This document shows positions 27,815 to 44,411 of a stretch of DNA of 64,000 nucleotides, one piece after another (the stretch's first letter is position 1; each line of letters begins with the position of its first letter). Source of the DNA: the human T2T-CHM13v2.0 reference genome, Homo sapiens; assembly GCF_009914755.1 (NCBI RefSeq), contig NC_060927.1. One strand, written 5' to 3'. The translations under genes were made by a program, and so were the position numbers. The notes under the pieces were generated by a model, which worked only from the letters and a program-made list of their open reading frames with translations, made no database searches and was not told the origin of the DNA.

Positions 27815-28460
27815 CTCACTTGGCCTGCTCTTTGGCTCCATACTGGCTTCTTGGCTCCTGTTCTTTACCTGCTACAGTTTTTGTCCACATAGTAGCCAGA
27901 ATGATTCTGTTGAAATGAAACAGACTATGTCATTTAAGCTCAAAAACCTCGAACAACTTTTCATCTCACTCAGAATACTATGATTGTGTGGAACCCATAT
28001 TATATGACCTCTGGCTAACTTGATTGAATTTATACCTCACCATTCTTTCCTTCTCAAAGTTCACTCCATCAGCCCTGACTTTTTGGTGGTGAAACCAAGT
28101 ATGCTTCCATTCACTGCCTCTGCACCTACATAGCTTCTGCTTGTGAAGCTCTTCCTGGAGACATTTACTTGGCTCACACTCTCCAATCAAGTCTTTGTTA
28201 GAATGTCCCTTATTTGCGTGTTGCTCCTACCTAATCTTTATAAAATGGCACCCTTTGCATCACTCTCCATCCCTTAACCATTTTTTCCTAGCTTTTTTTT
28301 TTTCCCACAGCATTTGTCATCATTGGAAATACTGCATAACCATTTATTGTCTATCATTGCCAATTACAATGTGAGTTCCATGACATTTGGAACTTCCTTT
28401 TGCTTGTTGCTATGTCCCAGAACCTAGAGCAGTGTCTGATACTTGATAGGGATTAAATAA
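27815..28460 (+). mobile_element. L2 fragment with 3' end
   Basis: aatgtgagttccatga...cccagaacctagagcagtgtctgatacttgatagg. Confidence 0.7.
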
Positions 28461-28914
28461 CTCCTTAGTCTTGATCATGCACAGAGAAGCACATATGTCT
28501 CAGATAATCTCAGCTAAGAGCAGACTGAAGTCTCCTAATATTAGAACCATTACCGACTTTTGTACTTTTCTAGGAACTAGTATTTAGCAAAATAAACAAA
28601 ATATCGAAAAGCAAAAACAAAACTAATGAAAGAATAATGTCACTACGCTTTCTCCAGCATTTCATTCAAACACAATTATAACTGGGGCAAAATAGTATTT
28701 ACCCTCCAAGATGCCTCTATGTTAGAGTCAACTAAAATTCACTTTTTAAGAAAGCTCAAGACCCTACTCTCTTCCTTCAAAATGTTTTCTATGAATCACT
28801 TGCAATTTGATATATTAACAAAAGAAACAAATTAAAATTTACATTATACCACTTCTGGGCACTGGGGACAAAGCTTTCAATTTTGATGTAATTGACTATG
28901 CTGTGATTCTTTGG

Positions 28915-29071
28915 ATGCTAGATGACGAGTTAGTGGGTGCAGCACACCAGCATGGCACATGTATACATATGTAACTAACCTGCACATTGTGCACATGTAC
29001 CCTAAAACTTAAAGTATAATAATAATTAAAAAATTAATTAATTAAAAAAAATTAAAGAAAATTAAAAAAAA
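28915..29071 (+). mobile_element. Very short L1PA2/3-like 3' end with A-rich tail
   Basis: atgctagatgacgagttagtgggtgcagcacaccagcatggcacatg...cctaaaacttaaagtataat; GAG (non-Ta) variant. Confidence 0.93.
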
Positions 29072-29072
29072 G

Positions 29073-29307
29073 TTTAGAGGCAGTCTCATACTGTTTCCCA
29101 GGCTGGAGTACTATGGCATGATCATAGCTCACTGCAGCCTCAAACTCCAGGGCTCAAGTGATCTTTCTGTTGGAACTACAGGCATGTGGCACCATGCCTG
29201 GCTTATTGAAAAAAAACTTTTTTTCAGAAGGGGGGTCTGGCTATATTGCCCAGGCTGGTCTTGAATTCTCAGCCTCAGGGGTCTCCCTACCTCAGCCTCC
29301 CAAGTAG
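29073..29307 (-). mobile_element. Degraded AluJ lacking its tail and 5' end
   Basis: atcatagctcactgcagcctcaaactcc...gggctcaag (J-type). Confidence 0.85.
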
Positions 29308-30579
29308 AGAATGTTTCTTTAAGCTCATAGTACAAATATCTAGCATATTAATAATGTCAATACTCTAACTACATTTTGACCTTTGACTTCATCTATCTAA
29401 TTAAGAAAATTTAATCTTTGAAATGAACTAGTTTCTGTTCAATGGTCCGGAAAAATAAATGCAAATGATATATTATCAAGTTACCTAACGTTATTATGCT
29501 TTCAGAGGTTTATTTCATTTGAATTTTTGGAGATTTTTTTATAATAAATGTTTTCAAGTGACATAGTCTCAAAGTCACAGACTTTGTTGACATCTTCATT
29601 ATGGTGTCTGTGTATGTGTGGGTTTATATGTATATATGTACAGATAGAAAGATAGGTATAAATATAGATATATAGATACATTTATATACTCCCTATATAG
29701 TCCTCGATGTGGCTCCCTAAATATTATATATAAAAATTTAAAAGCTAAGACATGCTAGAGTCAGTGGCTCAGGAAAGAATATTCTCATACCAAGGATAGA
29801 GTGCTTAAACTGAATCAGCACAAGTCAAAAGTTGAACTGTTTGGAATGTTCTTTGATTTTTATCAATTCAGAGACTTTTATTTGTTTTCCAAAATGTAAT
29901 TGCAACCTCCATCTTACCAGTTGTTATTCTTCTTATAGAACAGGAAATTTCGGAAATTCACAGAGCACAGATTCTTTTGATCTATCTAGAGCTCATGCCC
30001 AAAGAGAAAATTTGACCCTGGTCAAAGGGGAAGATATGCCAATAAAGCAGCTGTCAACAGGAGTTGTGGTCTCAGGAGAGGAGCACAGGTTTTATTTAGC
30101 TCTAGGAGATACACACCTTGAAATATATCTATACTACATTTTTAAAAGTTATTGTCCAGGACCATAGAGCAAATGAATGAGAAGCTTTAGGTTAAGATTT
30201 TAGCATTCTTTATGCACTTATCACTACATTACAGAATATGCTTTGCCTCCAACTCCCAAAATAGATGCCACCAAGAGAAGCTGATGTCCAATAGAATCTA
30301 ATGTTCAGTGATAAAGTCGACTCGGAGTATGCATAACCTCATGCATTAAACTTGTATTTATTGATTGATGCCTACTTCATGCTAAGCACTCTTCTAGGGG
30401 CAGAGGAACCAAAGTCCTGTCACTCAAGGAGTTTACATTCAATCATCTAACAAAATCCAAAGGCTTAACCAACAGCAGTACATCAGGCTTATCAGAGAAA
30501 AGAGAGATGCTTATGGGGTACTTAAATCTCATAAGGAACCAACTATAATGTATCCAGTTTTGTACCATCTAAAAATTTT

Positions 30580-30690
30580 CCTAAAGATTACCGAGGGGTG
30601 CTTATAAAAATGCAGACACTTTGGCCCTACTTGCCATTGAATCAGAATCTGTCTAATTAGAACCCAGATATGCATTCCAGGGTTGAACAA
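30580..30690. mobile_element. MER5-like hAT fragment
   Basis: cttataaaaatgcagac...tgaatcagaatct. Confidence 0.6.
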
Positions 30691-31429
30691 AAGGTAACAA
30701 GCAGAAAAGGGAGTAAAAGAAATGTCCACATCTCTCCCGTCTGCCCTTCCCGTTTCTTTGTTAGTCTGAATCCAAGTCCCTCTGGTGCCTCTCCTCCCTC
30801 TAGTTCACAGAGCTGAAAATGTGGTTCAGCTTGATGCAATCACGATAACTATAATCATACAAATTGCATATTCCACTCGGCATGGTGCCGCACAGAGAAT
30901 TGACGGCCTTGGGCAGGGCAGTCATGTATCAACGCTACAGAACCTGTGTAGAATTCTGGAAATGCTGGTGTTCTGCTTCAGTTTATGTTCCCTGTAACCT
31001 TGTGGTCTCTCTCAGTCGCTGTACCAGATAGCAGGTAATCCATCAAAAGGGAAACATCATAAACTACCCTTCTGCCTTTTTCTATTTTTCTACTTCTGGT
31101 TACAAAATCGAAATTGGAGGGAGTTTTGAGATAGCGTAGACTGCTTGGAGCTCTCAGAATCTTGGCCCTTGTGTTTTGGTCCTTAGCCTGTCCCAACTGA
31201 GGTTTTTTAATCAGACAGAATTCCTCTTTTTCTCTGAGCTATTCCAGAAAGCAATCACAAATTACAAAGAAACTGCATTGTAGGTCAAGATGCTTTTCTA
31301 TTGGACTTACCCTAAATGTAATGGTTTGATTTCTAGTTACTAATCTTGTCTTATTAGTTATAATAAGTTTATTCTTATACACTTTTATTAATATTTTATT
31401 TATATTAATTTATTATATTAATATGATTA

Positions 31430-31525
31430 GTTACTAATTGACTTACTAGCTATGCATTCTCAATGAAATTAGTTAACCTAATGCTGCCTCAGTTTAGTTA
31501 CCTGTAAAATGAAATATAAAACAAT
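31430..31525 (+). mobile_element. MIR fragment
   Basis: cttactagctatg...gcctcagttt...ctgtaaaatg. Confidence 0.65.
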
Positions 31526-31527
31526 AT

Positions 31528-31970
31528 TGTATTAGTTAGCTTTTGGTGTTTAACAAACCACCCAAAAGTGCGACAGTGTAAAACAATCATCATTTACTAT
31601 TTTTCACCTCTGTGGGTGGTCTGGGTTGGTCTGATGTTTTAGGCTGGACTTGACTAACCTCAAATTGGCTTATTCAGACAAATATACTCATCTGGTAGAT
31701 TAGTTGAGAACTAGCAGTTATAGAATAGCTTTGGTTGAGTTATTCAGTTCTGATGCACATGGTCTCTCAGACTAGCCTGGGTTTGTCCTCCTGACAGTGG
31801 CAGGGCTCAAAAAGCATGAGACCTAGGCTCAGAATAGGCACAATGTTACTTTGCCAAAGCAATTCATAAGACTAGCCCAAAGTCAAAGTGAATGGAGACT
31901 GCAAAGTTACAGCATGGAGAGGACTGATAAGAGCCCATTATTTGGAGCCATCAATACAATAATTCTACAA
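31528..31970 (-). mobile_element. MLT1 LTR
   Basis: tgtattagttagc..taacaaaccacccaaaa..taaaacaa antisense 3' end. Confidence 0.7.
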
Positions 31971-32165
31971 AATATTATCCGTCTGTAAGCATTGCTGTGA
32001 GAATTAATCCACATAATCTTACTTGTGTAGTGTCGGGTATATGATAAAAACTGGCAAGAAACCATCCTATTATATGGAGCTGAAATAGTTTGTCTTCTCA
32101 TTTAAAAGATGTTTGCTAAATAGAAGGGCAATGACTGAATTCCTCTATTATTGGTATTTAAGGAC

Positions 32166-32461
<296 letters not shown>

Positions 32462-32531
32462 CAAGAAAAAAAATTCCCAAAGCAGTTGTCATTGCAAGAA
32501 ATAAAGCCTCCATTCCCAACATCCTCTAAAT

Positions 32532-32755
32532 CAGGAGTCAGAAAACATTTTCTGTAAAGGGAAAGGTATTAACTAGTTTAGGCTCTGAGGGCCTTCTGTG
32601 TCTGTCACAGCTATCCGATTCTGCTGTTGTAGTGAGAAAGCAGCCATGGATAGAAACATCAACAAACTGGCACATCTATGTTCTAATAAAACTTTATTTA
32701 CAATATCAGAAGGTAGGTCATATTTGGCCCACAAGTCATAGTTTACTCTTCCTTG
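32532..32755 (+). mobile_element. MER58A-like hAT MITE
   Basis: ttttctgtaaaggg..aataaaactttatttac..catagttt; degraded 8-bp TSD ctctaaat / tgctaaat. Confidence 0.85.
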
Positions 32756-32791
32756 TGCTAAATGACATAGCGTATTAAAAACTGCAGAGCT

Positions 32792-33123
<332 letters not shown>

Positions 33124-33903
33124 TTACAAAGAGCTTCACTGATTGGTACAATTTATTCTTAAATTCATTAGAGTTCTCTTTCCTTTGTTTCTGAGTTTTT
33201 AGTATGTCATTATTGAATTATTATGAAGCAAATACCTCCAAATACCAAACAATCAATATTTAAAGTCTCTCTGTTGTACTATATTATGCCTGTATTTATG
33301 GTTGAGGTATTTTACAAACTTTTTGTGGTATAAAAAACCAGAATAGGAAAATGCTTTGTTTGCATTCAAACAGTTCTTTAATAATATGGTTTATTTAGAT
33401 GATTGATAAAGGTATACTACATATACATTAAAAGTATATTATAAATCACATCTTTTCATTTGTGTAATTTATTATTCTGAAGTTGAATACAATGTGACTT
33501 TAATCTATGAGTAGAAAGAATAAAGTCATAAAAGTTGGCTATAGCTATTCTTTGGCTCCCTAAAACACAGCAGCATTTATTTTGGATTCTCTAAATTAAT
33601 TGATACTGGTTTTAAAGCTATGATAACATGGGCCATCATAAGGCATCATATATTAATGGATCCATCTAGTAAAAAGTTTGGCTTTTCACTTTTCTGAGAG
33701 CTATCTTTGAGACAAAGACCTTGTTTCAGCTAGTCACTGACTCTTTGTTTATGGTGAGTATTGGCTATAGGATGGGGGAGAAAAAATCACTCAGGAAATG
33801 TTGAAAATCTTCAAATATATGTTTGGATAAAGCAAAAAACAATAATTTCATTACAACTATTTTTATAAATTTCCATGGCAATGACTACTATTTCAGAAAA
33901 GTT

Positions 33904-35420
<1,517 letters not shown>

Positions 35421-37149
35421 TTATATTTGCAATCTCTAAATATCTCTCACTTAGCAACTCAGTTTTCCCAATTATTTTTGTCACAAATATGTGTATTTTT
35501 GTTGTTTTCTTGGTGTTTATAATCTGTATGATCTCAGAACTATATTTATCCTTACTGCTCTTTACTTATTTGTTTATTTTAATTTTCACCATGCCAACTG
35601 TACAAATGATTTTAGGTAACTTATAAATCAACTGCTTTTAGAAACAAACCCTTACTTAATACAAGGACACACAGGCCTTTGTGCTTGTAAAATTAAGTGG
35701 AGGAGAAAAAAGAGAGATAATTCTTCCAACAGCTTGAATAAAATGATGATTACATTTGAATATTCAATTTTGTGTTGAACATGGTGGGAATCAAAGCAAA
35801 AATGAAATAATGGTCATTTATTCGTTTTTTACTGTAGATAAAAAGAAATGCCAAATTCTAGTGAATAGACACTTTTTTGAAATTATATACTAACAGAAAT
35901 TTGACAAATATTTCTCAGAAGATGAAAGCTTGTCCATCTTTTCTTTCCTACAAAGTATTGTGAAAAGCCAAAGAAAAAAGTACAAAAACTTTATAAGGTG
36001 ACCAGTGAGCTTGACTAAGAAAGTCTAAATGTATTTTCTGGTTATCTAAAATGATACAAGCATAGGATTTTGAAAGTATAATAAAATAAATGAATGCATA
36101 ATAGTTCTTACAGCTTATACCTAATAGCTTGATTGTTAATTCTTACCATTGATAGACACCTTGCTAAATATAGATAAATTCAATAAATTCATTATCCCTG
36201 TATGATGATGACAGTCTTCCCCAAAATAGAAATTCAGAATTGTCTGCTTAAAACATAGTGACTTAAAACTATTACATTTAAATACACCAAAAGAATTTTA
36301 AGTTTTATTTTTAAATGACAGGAGCTCTTGAAAATAAAGCCAGTATAGAAATTTTGTTGGCTAAGGAGAAATATTTTCTCAATAATTTGAGAAAGATTTT
36401 TATTGTAAGTCAATCCTTCGTATTTATTTTATGAGTTCAGTCCATGATGATATGCACTGTGTCTATCACATAATTTTTTAGATATTGTGAATGATTCCAG
36501 ATTAAAGAACATTATTTTTATACAAACAATAAGCATTTCTTATTTAAGTGCACAGCCAAAATTTTGCCATATTATGAATGATCTGAGATTCTGCTTCTCT
36601 GTCTGTGTCCTTTAAAAGAATCAGGTCTTTGGCTGTTTAATAGCATAGAAAGACCAATTATCAATAAATTTTACAGGTCATGTTGGTTACAGTTTTTTTT
36701 CTATGGAAAGAGAGACAAAAACTGTTGAACTTAGCAGGTCTCAGCTGAGCTTGAGGACATTTCAGGAAATGCATTTAAAAGGGAGTTGAACTGGACTTTC
36801 CCATTTTAGGCTTAGAGAAGCCATCAGATCATTACATGCCTTTCTCCATTTCAGCAGGGCAACGATGCTGTCTTGGAGTACAGTACGGTGCTCTATTGGC
36901 ACCTCTTGTGCCCCAATTCATAGTATAAATTTTAGTGCCCAGTGTCATGTAGGTGAGCATCAAGTAGATACTGTTAATTAACCTACTCCTATAAAATTGC
37001 TTTTCTGGTTGCCTGGTTGATTTCCCCTATTTTGTGTTTTCTTCCTTGTCATCTTCTGAATATATTATTGTGTTGAATGAGGCTTGTTCAACCAAATTAG
37101 TGTGAAAGACTTATTCCTTCAGTTTCACTAATTTTTCCCTTTCTCTTAT

Positions 37150-37560
37150 TATTAGCAGCTGGCATTTACTGAGTACTTAATAAGGGCCAGCTTTAAGGGC
37201 CATACACATATTAATGGATTGAATCTAAACAACAATCCTAGGAGATGGGTACTTTTAGAATCATCTCTTTACAGATGAAGACAAAAAGGCAATCCACCGG
37301 TTCAAGGTGATACAGCCAGTAAGTGAGAGAGCCAGGATTCTATCGCAGGCATCCTAATTTTAGAACGTTCTCTGACACCATTAATCTATTCTATCTCCCA
37401 AACATTGAAGAACAAATTAGGCCAAATGCCTTGTTCCACCACTTAGCAGTTGTGTTATTTTAGTCAGGTCACAGAGACCAATTAAGCCTAAATTTCCTCA
37501 TCTCTAAAAAGAGGTCTAATATCCTCACCAAAGCATAGTTTATGGGCATGAGATGAAGAC
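37150..37560. mobile_element. Two MIRs, (-) then (+)
   Basis: ttacagatgaagac...acagccagtaagtg and ccacttagcagttgtg...tttcctcatctctaaaa. Confidence 0.7.
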
Positions 37561-38462
37561 ATACACATAGCAGACATTTGTAAAATCTAAACATAATTAT
37601 GCAAATGTAAGGAAAACAATATTTTTTTAATTATTGTAATGGCTGAGGAAGAAAACTGTCTTTTCACTCATGAAAGGTGGGGAGGGTTAATGGAAGAAAA
37701 GGTAAATATTTACTAAGTGTCTTTTTCACAGATGAAATTATAGACTCAAAGGGAGCAAAGCAAAAGATGATTTAGTATAATAACAAATCAGCGATTTTAC
37801 TCATAGTTTTCTTGAAAGAATATAGTTGTGATTTGATCGATTATGCATGCATGTCAGTAGGTAAAATAACTGATTCATACTGGAGTGAAATATTAAGTGT
37901 AAAATTTAAATACATTGTCTTGGGAAAGATGGTGGCAATGGCACTATTTTTTGTCTGGAGTCAGATGGCATTGTGCTTAGAGAGCTTTACGGAGCAGATG
38001 TGTCTTTAGCTGAATGGATATGATTAGGCTAAGAAAGGAGGGGAGGGCACTTGGGTATAAGAAATGACAGGTGGGTTGATTCAGAAGCTCAAATGCATAA
38101 AGCACATTGACAAGCTAGTCATCCTGGCTGACATGGAATATGACATTAGTGTGAAAGAGGGAATTAAATAAAGAGGATTCTCCAGAGTATTTTAAATCTT
38201 AGATTTTATGTAATAGAGTGTTAGTTATATTTATGCATGTTAACATTTTTTAAAGCATAATTTTTGAAGAAAGCAAATAGCAAAGAAATAATGAACACAA
38301 CTTTATTGTGCAGCTTTGTCTTTGATAAAGAAGAGATGAAACTGTTCAACTTAGTTTGTAATTTAGTCATTAAAGTAGATTTTTCTGATTGGAAGACAAA
38401 AATAACAGGTTTAAACCTTGGCTTTATTTAAACGAAAAGAGATGTTAAGTTATATATTTTGA

Positions 38463-38756
<294 letters not shown>

Positions 38757-38989
38757 GACCTATTTTTATTTTTAATCTGCATGTGAAAGTTCAAAAAATA
38801 CAGATGGGGGGAGTGACATCTTTAAATGTAGTGGTGGACTTTTCTCTTAGAAAAGTTGTTAACTCTTGAGGATCTGAGCTATCGCCAAACAATACCATTC
38901 AAGATAATTTGCAGGAAAAAACAAGCATTTACACAATTATTACTAAAGAGGTTAATTACTGTATTTCTAAAGAATTTGTTTTTTCAAAA

Positions 38990-39160
38990 CATTATTATTT
39001 ATCAATACTCACAGCAATTTTCTTGGGTAAATGTTATTATTCCCATTATAAAGAAGAGAAACCTGAGGCTTAACAAAAGGAAGTGATTTATATGAAGGAC
39101 AAGAGATTAAGGTGGAACATGGATTTATCCCCAGTATTTTGACCTTAGCTTTCCAGACTC
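38990..39160 (-). mobile_element. MIR fragment
   Basis: ttattattcccattataaagaagagaaacctgaggct. Confidence 0.6.
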
Positions 39161-40117
39161 TACAACTATCTTTTAGTACCTAAGTTTGCTGAATTCATGA
39201 GGTTAATAAATTGTTTGAAGCCCTTGTGTTTCTCAATTTCTGAAAGCAAAGTAAATCATTAAATAAGTAAACAAACAGTTCTCTTTAAAAAGAGATGTCA
39301 AATTTAATTAAGCAGTTATTGACATTGATTTTAAATAAAAACATCATTAACTTGTACTTAGATGCTGCTATTAAAAAACTTCCTTTTTTATTTTTATATT
39401 GTTGAGTTTGTAAAATAATAATGTTAGAGATCAAAGGAAAAAAATGAGTTTCCTCTCCTTCACCAATAACTTGTAAATAAGGGAAATACATAAGATAATG
39501 CTCTGATAGCTCATTTAGGAAAATCAATGAACCTAATGAATGAGTAGTCTGGTTTAAAACAGTTTCTGGCAAACAGCCTTATAAATTTTCACAAAATTAT
39601 CTATTACATTAAGAAAAAGAGGTAAATTCACAAGACTTACATATTATCATACATCGGATTAATGCTGTCTGGGAATAATTTCTACTAAATATAAGTTGAG
39701 AGAAACTATAAATAGATTAAGGTGACAAATGTTTTTTCTTCTATGTTTTGCCCCATGAAACATAATGACATCCTGTAGCTGAAAGGATATGGGAATATAT
39801 ATACAGCAAGCCTCTCATTAATGTATAACTTCTTGCTCAGAGAGCCAGGGTCTACTCCAACCACAAAACTGCATGATCACCTCCTGCTGTGCAACTTCCA
39901 GACAATAAAATGACACAAATTAAAACTCTGAAATGTTGCACCCTGGGTGGCAGAGTCCCAATAAATACGGTGCTACAGACTGGGCTAGAAAAGGGAAATT
40001 TTTGAAAGTAGTAAATGAAAATAACTGTAGTTTTTCATATACTCTCTAATATGGCATGTCAGAAGAATAGCTAGAAGGATAAGCAGGGAAAAAAATCTCA
40101 TTAAGAGTACGAGGCTT

Positions 40118-40422
40118 GGCCAGGCACGGTGGCTCGCACCTGTAATCCCAGCATTTTGGGAGGCAGAGGTGGGTGGGTTGCTTGAGGTCAGGAGTTCAAG
40201 ACCAGCCTGGCCAACATGGTGAAACCCCGTCTCTACTAAAAGTACAAAAAATTAGCTGAGCAAGTTGATGCATGCCTGTAATCCCAGCTACTCAGGATGC
40301 TGAGGCAGGAGAATCCCTTGAACCCAGGGTGGTGGAGGTTGCAGTGGGCTGAGATCGCACCATTGCACTCCAGCCTGGGTGACAAAGTGAGACTCTGTCT
40401 CAAAAAAAATAAAATAAAATAA
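40118..40422 (+). mobile_element. AluSx/Sz
   Basis: Full dimer; degraded TSD aagagtacgaggctt / aagaatttgaggctt. Confidence 0.95.
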
Positions 40423-40719
40423 AAGAATTTGAGGCTTGCTAGATGAAATAACTGAAAGTTCAGTGAGGAAATATACTAACCTGTCCTCATGCTGTCTATT
40501 TGAGAGGGGCTTTTAACCATATTCAAATACCAACCCCCAAAGTCTTCTTTGCAAACACAAGTCTGAATATATTTCCCCTTTTTAGAGGAAAAATTAATAT
40601 TCAAAATATACTAATAAACAACATGGGATCTCTGAAGAAAAACAGCACCACGAAAGACAGGGTATATTATGCCTTTGTCTCCAAAACAGATAAACAAACT
40701 TACCAATATAATTGATTTC

Positions 40720-40880
40720 CTGGAATAGCTCAACTAATCCTAACTGAAAACTTGGACAAGTAACATATCATTCTGTGTCTCAGTTTTCTCAACTGTAAAA
40801 TGGGGATAATAATTGCTCTCACATATTTGCTCTTAGGATTGAAGACCCTAATAAACATGGAACATATAGAACCGTTATAA
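40720..40880 (+). mobile_element. MIR
   Basis: tctcagttttctcaactgtaaaatggggataataat. Confidence 0.75.
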
Positions 40881-41114
40881 ATCCTGAATACATTCTTCTC
40901 CTGTTCCGTTGTTCCTCCCCCTCACCCCTTTCTTCTCAGACAACATATTAGAAAACTTCTTATGATACTAGAAACTGTAGCCACTCTAAGAAAAAGCAAA
41001 TATCTATGAGAAAAGAAGAAGCTATGATACAAAGAGAATAGCATGCAAAGAAAAGTTAAGTGAAAGTAGAGCTAAATAAGACATGTGAAAGCTGAAGAAA
41101 CTTTAAGATTGTCA

Positions 41115-41294
41115 GGCCGGGCACGGTGGCTCACGCCTGTAATCCCAGCACTTTGGGAGGCCAAGGCGGGCAGATCACGAGGTCAGGAGATCGAGACTAT
41201 CCTGGCTAACACGGTGAAACCCCGTCTCTACTAAAAACACAAAAACAAAATTAGCCGGGCGTGGTGGTCCCAGCTACTCGGGAGGCTGAGGCAG
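41115..41294 (+). mobile_element. 3'-truncated, tailless AluY
   Basis: aggagatcgagac..ctggctaacacggtg; stops at gaggctgaggcag. Confidence 0.9.
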
Positions 41295-41539
41295 AAGATA
41301 ATCACGTAAGATAGTAAAGAGAAAATAATGTGGGAACTGAATCAGTAAATAATTGAACATTAACTCAATTTATATGTACTGAATAGATACTATGAGCCTA
41401 GCATTGTACCAAACTCTAGGAATAAATTTTTTTTAAAGAATGATGATTAAGAACAGTTCTTGTTTTCAGGGAAATCAGTTTCTCTCTCTCTCTCCCTCTT
41501 TCTTCCACCCGACAACCTTCCTAATCTACCTGTCTAGAT

Positions 41540-41930
41540 AGAAATAAAGTGACTGGTTCAGGTTTGGGCTGAAGACCCAGATTAGTTCCAGGGGGAAATT
41601 ACAGGGGCTACAAGAAAAAAATGTCTTGCTCCCTGACCTTGAGTTTGAGAAAGTCTGAGGCTGAACGTGCTGTATAGCTATTCTCTGATCACAAGAAGAG
41701 ACGCTTTCTGAGAATAAAGCCAACACAGAGGAAAGAGAGAAAAAAAAACAAAGAAACAAAACAGAAGCAAACAAGGTACCTTGGGTGGCATCACTGAGTA
41801 TTTATGCCTGAGCTACTCCAAAAATTTTCAGTTACATGAAACCATCAATCCACTCTTTTTCTGCTTAAGCCACTTTTAATTGTTATTATTATTTAGCCAC
41901 TGGCAACAGAAAAGATGATAGTGATGCACC
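41540..41930 (+). mobile_element. Old MLT1 LTR
   Basis: ttttcagttacatgaaaccatcaat..gcttaagccactttt..gcaacagaaa. Confidence 0.65.
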
Positions 41931-44060
41931 GTGGTTAGCCATGCATTTCCAAGAGCATCAAGCTTTAACAAACATCATTAAAACAGCAAGTAAAATGTCA
42001 GTTGTAAAACATAAATACAATAGTTTTGAAAAGCCACATGAGGAAAAATGCACACTTTGTAGCTTACGAACATACAGTAAGATACTGAATTAATAATGTT
42101 ATGATTCTTTAAGGGTAATTCAAAATTGCTACTTACTCCCTGTCTGCCAATCATTTATTTATTTAAAAGCAATCATAAATTTTTTTTATACTTTGAGAAA
42201 GAGAACTTCAGATGGAGCCAATTTATCAAGATTTATTTATCCCAAAGTATACCCATCCTGCTGAATCTAACTGGCTCATTCTCCAGCAAGCTACCTTTCT
42301 TCATTCTATGGCAGGCTGTATTTCCCCATGGGAAATGCTTTGGAATATGTAATTATCTCTACCTCCAAGATGGTCTGAGCACTGACAGATGTGGTATTCT
42401 GAAGACACCACAAGTACAGGTTAGCAGAACCAGGCTGGGTACAATCGATTAGTTCAATTGGTTTCAAATAGGCAGTGAAATTTAAAGTTTAAGCAGAAAT
42501 AGTAAGTTGAGGACATCAATAAATGGAAGTAGCAAAATTTCATGAAAACTATTTGAAAGGTATTGGGAAAATCATCTTATCAAAATCTCTTACTAAACAC
42601 ATAATTTTTTTATGTTAGTGATGCATTATTTTAAATCTTTTAAGTTCTCTAATGAAATGCAAGTTTTTTGGGGGACACATAGCAGTTCAATTCCTAGCAA
42701 AGATTAGTAGGGTGCACCAGGTACTTTGCTAGGCTATGGGGATACAGACTAGTGAGAAAGGGGGCCTGCAAAAGAGTAGATTGTTCTGGTAGACAGCTTA
42801 GTCCATATCAGACTAAGCCATGTTTAGATTACACTGACTAGGGCACTGAATTGGAGCTAGAAGGAATGGTACCAAAAAGTAAAGAGAGATTCCAGCAGAG
42901 AGAAGAACGGCAACCCATGGAGCATATGGTTTTGCTAAGAGCTTCTCTTATGTAGTAAAAAAATGACTCTTCAAAACATCATGCATTTCTTCCCTCTGAT
43001 ATATTGAGGGGAAATTTACAACACAAATTCCTCCTGATGCTATAATTCTGGCCTCATATAAAGAAAGCTGTCTGTACCTACTAAGCCTCCCATGTTGCCT
43101 AATTTTCTTTCATTTCTCCCACAGATATTTATTAGGCACTGCTACATATGCAAGTCAAAATATGCTGGCTTTATAAACAAAGATAGAAAACAACTGTCAT
43201 GCCAAATAGCAAAATATGGTTGAAAAAACTTTCTTTGTGTAAGTCTGGCATGAACAAAATGATTCCTCTAGAGAACCTACCTAAAAGGTGAATTCAGTTT
43301 CATTCGCAGCACCGCCACTGTTTATTTCACACTGAAACCAGTTTCTCCTTTCATTATTGTAGATCTAACCTAGGTTAAACTTCAAAAAAGTTATAGTATT
43401 TTTCTATCAGTCTTTCTTACACTTTTTTAAATGGTGAAACTATTTTATCAGTGATAGTCATCAATTCCATTTTCTATCCTCTACAAGGCTTCCTACTCCT
43501 GAGATTTTAATAGATGAAAAGACACTAATATTTATTGGCTCCCTTGTAAGAACCAGACATCATGCTGGAGACTTTTATAGATTATTTCACAATATGGTTT
43601 ATGTTTTCCTACCTTTGAAAATGTTACTCTGATATTAACACAAACAGAATATGATGTGGTCTAAAAATTTGTCATTAGTTCTTACTTTTCTTGTGCAATA
43701 TAAAATTAGAAGATAAAGCATTCATACCACTATTCTTGCAGCTCACTAGTAAGTAATATATTTTTAAATATCCTTCTCAGTGTATTGGTCTTTTATAATA
43801 TGCTTACAGTTATATTTTAAGCTTTATTATTTTAATTATTTAAAAATCCATAATTATTAAAATTTTAAAAATATAGGTAAGTTCTATAGTTATAAACAGC
43901 TACAAAAAGGCTCTGTTAATTTTCATATATATCTACATATACAATGTTTATCGATCTATCTATCTATCTATGGAAAAGCAAGGAAACTTCTACCCCATGC
44001 TCATTAATGTCTTTTTGGATCCTTAGCCAATTTATGAAACACAATTCTATTTAGTGTTAG

Positions 44061-44411
<351 letters not shown>

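Noticed and set aside
29832-30167. 111-aa ORF and palindrome tttgacc-ct-ggtcaaa (30011-30026)
   Set aside because: Non-ATG start and no recognisable domain. The half-sites are everted, so it is not a canonical ERE.
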